64,000 bases of DNA from Verrucomicrobiia bacterium (GTDB lineage Bacteria; Verrucomicrobiota; Verrucomicrobiia; Limisphaerales; UBA1319). Below, piece after piece: positions 60,572 through 64,000 of this stretch. Where the stretch lies: the NCBI GenBank assembly GCA_963664225.1, contig OY760937.1, forward strand, positions 4,704,001-4,768,000. Reading direction: 5' to 3'. Within the stretch, counting starts at the first letter, position 1; each line of letters starts with the position of its first letter. The notes under the pieces are model-generated. The model saw only the letters and a program-made list of their open reading frames with translations. It had not been told where the DNA came from and made no database searches. The position numbers were made by a program, and so were the translations under genes.

Positions 60572-62664
60572 TGCGCGCTCCCCAGTTTTTCGTAATACTT
60601 TCTCACCAATTCAGTAAAATTATCGGGCACGGGATCGCGATCCAATGGAACGAGGCTGTCGGCTCGTTCCTTGCGTGCCAATTCCTCCTGCAGCCAGACG
60701 CGGACTTGCGTCAAGGGCGTCAGGATCTGGTCGCGCACCACGCCGGTGTCGGGTTTTCGTCCGCTCTGCCTGAAATCCTGGCGCATGACCGATGCACGTT
60801 CGCGCACAGTCGCCAATTGATTGCGCAAATCCGAAGGATCGACAACCTGTTCGACATCGCGCAAGCGATCCGACCAGTTCAAATAATCGTTTCCCGTGAT
60901 GGGTCCGCCATCTCCACCGCCAGAGCCCAATTGTTCTGCAATTTGCCGCAAACGATTTCCGCCGCGATCGGCATTGCCGCCTTGTTGGGTTTGCGCGCCT
61001 CGTTGTTGGGAATCCGCGGGACGCTGCTGCGGGTTCGGCGAATTTGCATTGGCCTGCTGTCGATCGGGGCCAGGGCGGTTTCCACCGGGGGACTGTCCAC
61101 TGGCCTGATCCGTGGAATTTGTATTCCGGGTGTCCGAAGCATTTTCTGAAGATCCCTTTTCACCGGACAGTGCCAGACGATTTGTTTCACCTGCATTGCC
61201 GTTTGAAGCTCCGGCTGCGCGGGCCGCTGCGTTTGTGCCTGCACCGCCCATTTCCCGTTCCACCTGGCGAGTCAGGTCATCGAGTTCCTTTTGCGCGTAA
61301 CGCAGCGCATCGGCTTCGCTTCCCAGAACGCTCTCTGCGGCGCGTTCCACGCTGCGCGCCAGTTCAGTGATGTTCGTACGGACCGCGCGCGTCACCTGGG
61401 TGGCCTGCGGGAGAAATCCGCGATCGGTCAGTTGCGAGCCCACGTCGAGGAGGTTCTCCGTGCGCATCTGATCCGCGCGGCGCAGCGTATCATAGAGCTG
61501 CTTCGACAACAGCGGTTCGGTGGCCTCGGCCTGCTCGGTTACGTTGCGCATTCCGGAAAGCAGATTCGTCAACGAACCTTGCTGCTTCTTCATTTGATCC
61601 ACGATTTGCTGGCGCCCGGTTGAATTGTCCAGCGTCTTGTGATCGGGGTTGTTGAGATCATCCAGTCCGCGCGCGATTTCGTCCTGCTGGCGTGCAAGCT
61701 CGCGGGCCTGGTTGCGCAACTCCCGCATCTGTTCGGCAAACTGGCTGGAGGATTGCTTACGCAAATCATCGCGCATGTTTTTCATCCGTTCCTCCGCGCG
61801 TGTGCCGGCGGCGAGGGCGCCCGAGGCTGATTGACGCTCCATCTCCTGCGCGGCCTTTTCCATGTCCGAGCGCGTCTGTTCCAGTTGCTTCTGTGTTTCG
61901 GCTTGTGCGCTGGCATTGGGCGACTGGTCGAGTTTCTGGCGCATTTCATCCACCTTCGCCAGCATCTGACGCTGCTCATCCTGGAGGCGCTTGAGCTGAC
62001 GTTGAAGTTCCTCGCGTTCCTGAACTGTGCGCGCGGCCTGCAATGCGGTCTGAAGTTCGCGCAGACGGCCGTTCAAATCCTGCTGGCGCTGGGAAAGTTC
62101 TTTGAGGCGATCCGCCGTCTGCGTCTTTTCCCGCTGCTGCGCATTTTGGGGTGTTGAGGCCTGACGTTCGGTTTCGTAACGGTTTTCCTCCCGCTTCATA
62201 TCCAGCTCGTCGAGTTGACGCTGACTGGCCTCGCCTGCGCCACTGTTTTGACTGCCTCTCTGTGACCGGTTCATGCGATATTCGCGTGGCGTGACTTTGA
62301 GCAGGGCCTGGTAGGCCGCCTGTTCCGCCGCGAGTGCCGCTGGTAATTTGTCCGGGGACTTCCTGGCGTCGTCCAACGCGGACTGTGCCCGCTCCATTTC
62401 CTTGATCGCGGTTTCCAGCGCGCTGCGGTCACGCAGGCCTTCACCCTTTTCCAACATTTGCCTGGCCTGTTCGAGAGCCTGAATCTGTGCGTCTCGGACC
62501 ACACCGATGTCCGATGAGTAATCGCTGGTGGATCCGGGTGTGGAGGGCGCACCGTTTCTGGCGGGTTTCGCTGAAATCCGTGGCGGACTTGGATTCTCCT
62601 GCGCCATCAGCGGCGCAGTTATCACCAAGCTCACGACCAAAAAGAGGGAAAGCTTCCTTTTCAT
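60568..62664 (-). CDS. Exported coiled-coil protein resembling the C-terminal half of DUF4175-type proteins
   Basis: Signal peptide, Q/E/R-rich heptads, W.DRLRDVE, LVPLDRDPVP...ELVRKYYEKLG terminus. Confidence 0.78.
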   Translation of the reverse strand: MKRKLSLFLVVSLVITAPLMAQENPSPPRISAKPARNGAPSTPGSTSDYSSDIGVVRDAQIQALEQARQMLEKGEGLRDRSALETAIKEMERAQSALDDARKSPDKLPAALAAEQAAYQALLKVTPREYRMNRSQRGSQNSGAGEASQRQLDELDMKREENRYETERQASTPQNAQQREKTQTADRLKELSQRQQDLNGRLRELQTALQAARTVQEREELQRQLKRLQDEQRQMLAKVDEMRQKLDQSPNASAQAETQKQLEQTRSDMEKAAQEMERQSASGALAAGTRAEERMKNMRDDLRKQSSSQFAEQMRELRNQARELARQQDEIARGLDDLNNPDHKTLDNSTGRQQIVDQMKKQQGSLTNLLSGMRNVTEQAEATEPLLSKQLYDTLRRADQMRTENLLDVGSQLTDRGFLPQATQVTRAVRTNITELARSVERAAESVLGSEADALRYAQKELDDLTRQVEREMGGAGTNAAARAAGASNGNAGETNRLALSGEKGSSENASDTRNTNSTDQASGQSPGGNRPGPDRQQANANSPNPQQRPADSQQRGAQTQQGGNADRGGNRLRQIAEQLGSGGGDGGPITGNDYLNWSDRLRDVEQVVDPSDLRNQLATVRERASVMRQDFRQSGRKPDTGVVRDQILTPLTQVRVWLQEELARKERADSLVPLDRDPVPDNFTELVRKYYEKLGSAQ

Positions 62665-64000
62665 CGACTGGTCTCTTTTGTTGAAATTAATTTGTTTCGC
62701 TGCAGTTTCCAGGTGGCGATCACGATTTGCTTCTGCATCTCTGCAAGGCGCGGACTTTGATTCCCGCCCTGATTGCCTTCCTGGTTTTCCTGTTGATTCT
62801 GGCTGGCGGATGCGCCCGATTGGTCCGCACGGAAGATTTCTTCGAAGGGACGGACCTCGGCGAAGAAGATGTCACTGAACGTGCGGCGAACCTCGCCGTC
62901 CGGGCCGTAATCCTCGGCCCAGGCAAAGTATGAAACCAACTGGTCAATCTCCACCCCGAGTTTTTCCAGGGCGATCTGGTTGGTGAACTGGCGCTTCTCG
63001 TTGGCAGGTGCGGACTGGCCCAGTTCGATGAAATGGGGATCACCGCCCGCAACACCGTAACCGACGCCATACTTCAAAAGCCCAAAATCATCGCGGGCCT
63101 CGCCCTGCAATTGCATTTCTTCCAGGCGCGAAACACGCTGGTCACCGCGTGGAAAGGCGATTTTAATTTCAGGCGGACGATTCGGCAAAACCTGGATTAC
63201 AAACTCAGTCGGAGTCTTGTTGGTGCGTCCATCCGCGTCGAGTAGTTCCAGCAAATAACGCGCATCTTTACTGAGTGCGATGGGATCAAGGGTTGCCACA
63301 GCGTTGGTCTGCACGATGAGCGGCAGCGACTGCTCTTTGCCAACGAATCTTGCGCGCGCCACAGGCTTGTTGAGTTGCAGGGTGTAACTCAGACGCGTGC
63401 CTTCCACTGCGCTGATGCGACGGGTGTCGGGGATTGTTTTATTCGTGAGGCCGGTGTAGTCTGGATAATGAAGTGCGGCATCGGCGCGCGTGAGCGCCGG
63501 AAAATCGAAAACGCGGATTCGATAGTCACGTGTCTTTCTTCCGCTGTACTCGATGTGATAAAGTCCGTCCTCTGTGACTTCCATGAGGCTGATGCCAAAA
63601 ACCGGATCGGCAAGGTGGCGCGCCAACGGCAGGCGTTGTGATTTGCCGGAAGCAGGAACAAGTACGAGCGCCGCCTCCGGGGGCGGCTGTCCGCCGAAGC
63701 GTGCGGAAATCACCAGACCCATTCCGCGCTCAATTTGGGTATCGCCGGGCGTCACGACAATCTCCTCCTTAAATGGCGAATCCGGGAGTCCGATCCATCG
63801 CGGCAATACCAGATTACTCCCAACGGAAAAGATGAGGAGCATGGCGAACAGAATGAGAACGTGCGCGTTACGGGCCAGGCTCGTTTTCCGCGCGATCTCC
63901 TTCCTCCATAACTGGGCTTGGGGATGTGCCAGGGCTTCCTCAATGACGCGAAGCTGTAAATATCCAAACTCACCGGAATCAGGTAGTGGCTCCTGTTCCA
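62661..64000 (-). CDS. DUF4175-type membrane protein, N-terminal half (5' end outside the window)
   Basis: The frame stays open upstream of 63842 to the window edge (EQEPLPDSGEFGYLQLRVIEEAL...); TM helix, V.PGD, YPDYT, P.I....P..D, ARDDFG, RPFEEIFR. Confidence 0.78.
   Translation of the reverse strand, partial: EQEPLPDSGEFGYLQLRVIEEALAHPQAQLWRKEIARKTSLARNAHVLILFAMLLIFSVGSNLVLPRWIGLPDSPFKEEIVVTPGDTQIERGMGLVISARFGGQPPPEAALVLVPASGKSQRLPLARHLADPVFGISLMEVTEDGLYHIEYSGRKTRDYRIRVFDFPALTRADAALHYPDYTGLTNKTIPDTRRISAVEGTRLSYTLQLNKPVARARFVGKEQSLPLIVQTNAVATLDPIALSKDARYLLELLDADGRTNKTPTEFVIQVLPNRPPEIKIAFPRGDQRVSRLEEMQLQGEARDDFGLLKYGVGYGVAGGDPHFIELGQSAPANEKRQFTNQIALEKLGVEIDQLVSYFAWAEDYGPDGEVRRTFSDIFFAEVRPFEEIFRADQSGASASQNQQENQEGNQGGNQSPRLAEMQKQIVIATWKLQRNKLISTKETSR

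Overview
A 64 kb, GC-rich bacterial chromosome segment. Its gene content (PEP-CTERM protein, DUF1549/DUF1553-DUF1501-PPC locus, DUF4175/VWA-GATase locus, many exported CAZymes) suggests the PVC superphylum, probably Verrucomicrobiota; this is an inference. Housekeeping genes include recN, a thioredoxin-like [2Fe-2S] ferredoxin, a hemE-hemN-hemG(Y)-hemH operon, a LysR regulator, an RNB nuclease and a Zn alcohol dehydrogenase. Carbohydrate genes include GH51+DUF1080, GH16, GH36, GH97, a sugar porter with a PfkB kinase, a mutarotase-like protein and a DUF5107-TPR protein. I saw no rRNA, tRNA, CRISPR array, integrase or transposase. The most interesting signals concern the cell surface. (1) A five-gene minus-strand cluster (24489-30876) encodes a signal-peptide-bearing tail-fibre-like protein with a putative autocleaving chaperone, two unrelated passengers sharing a C-terminal ...EAY(S)GGPVTIG module, and a putative adaptor. 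(2) A ~70-aa C-terminal 'F/Y-Y-R' domain is shared by three unrelated exported proteins and may be a sorting signal. (3) Thr-Asn dipeptides appear enriched in exported but not cytoplasmic proteins, a candidate modification sequon. (4) A 2413-aa surface protein carries six alternating beta-helix repeats. All family assignments come from motif recognition by eye; no database searches were run.
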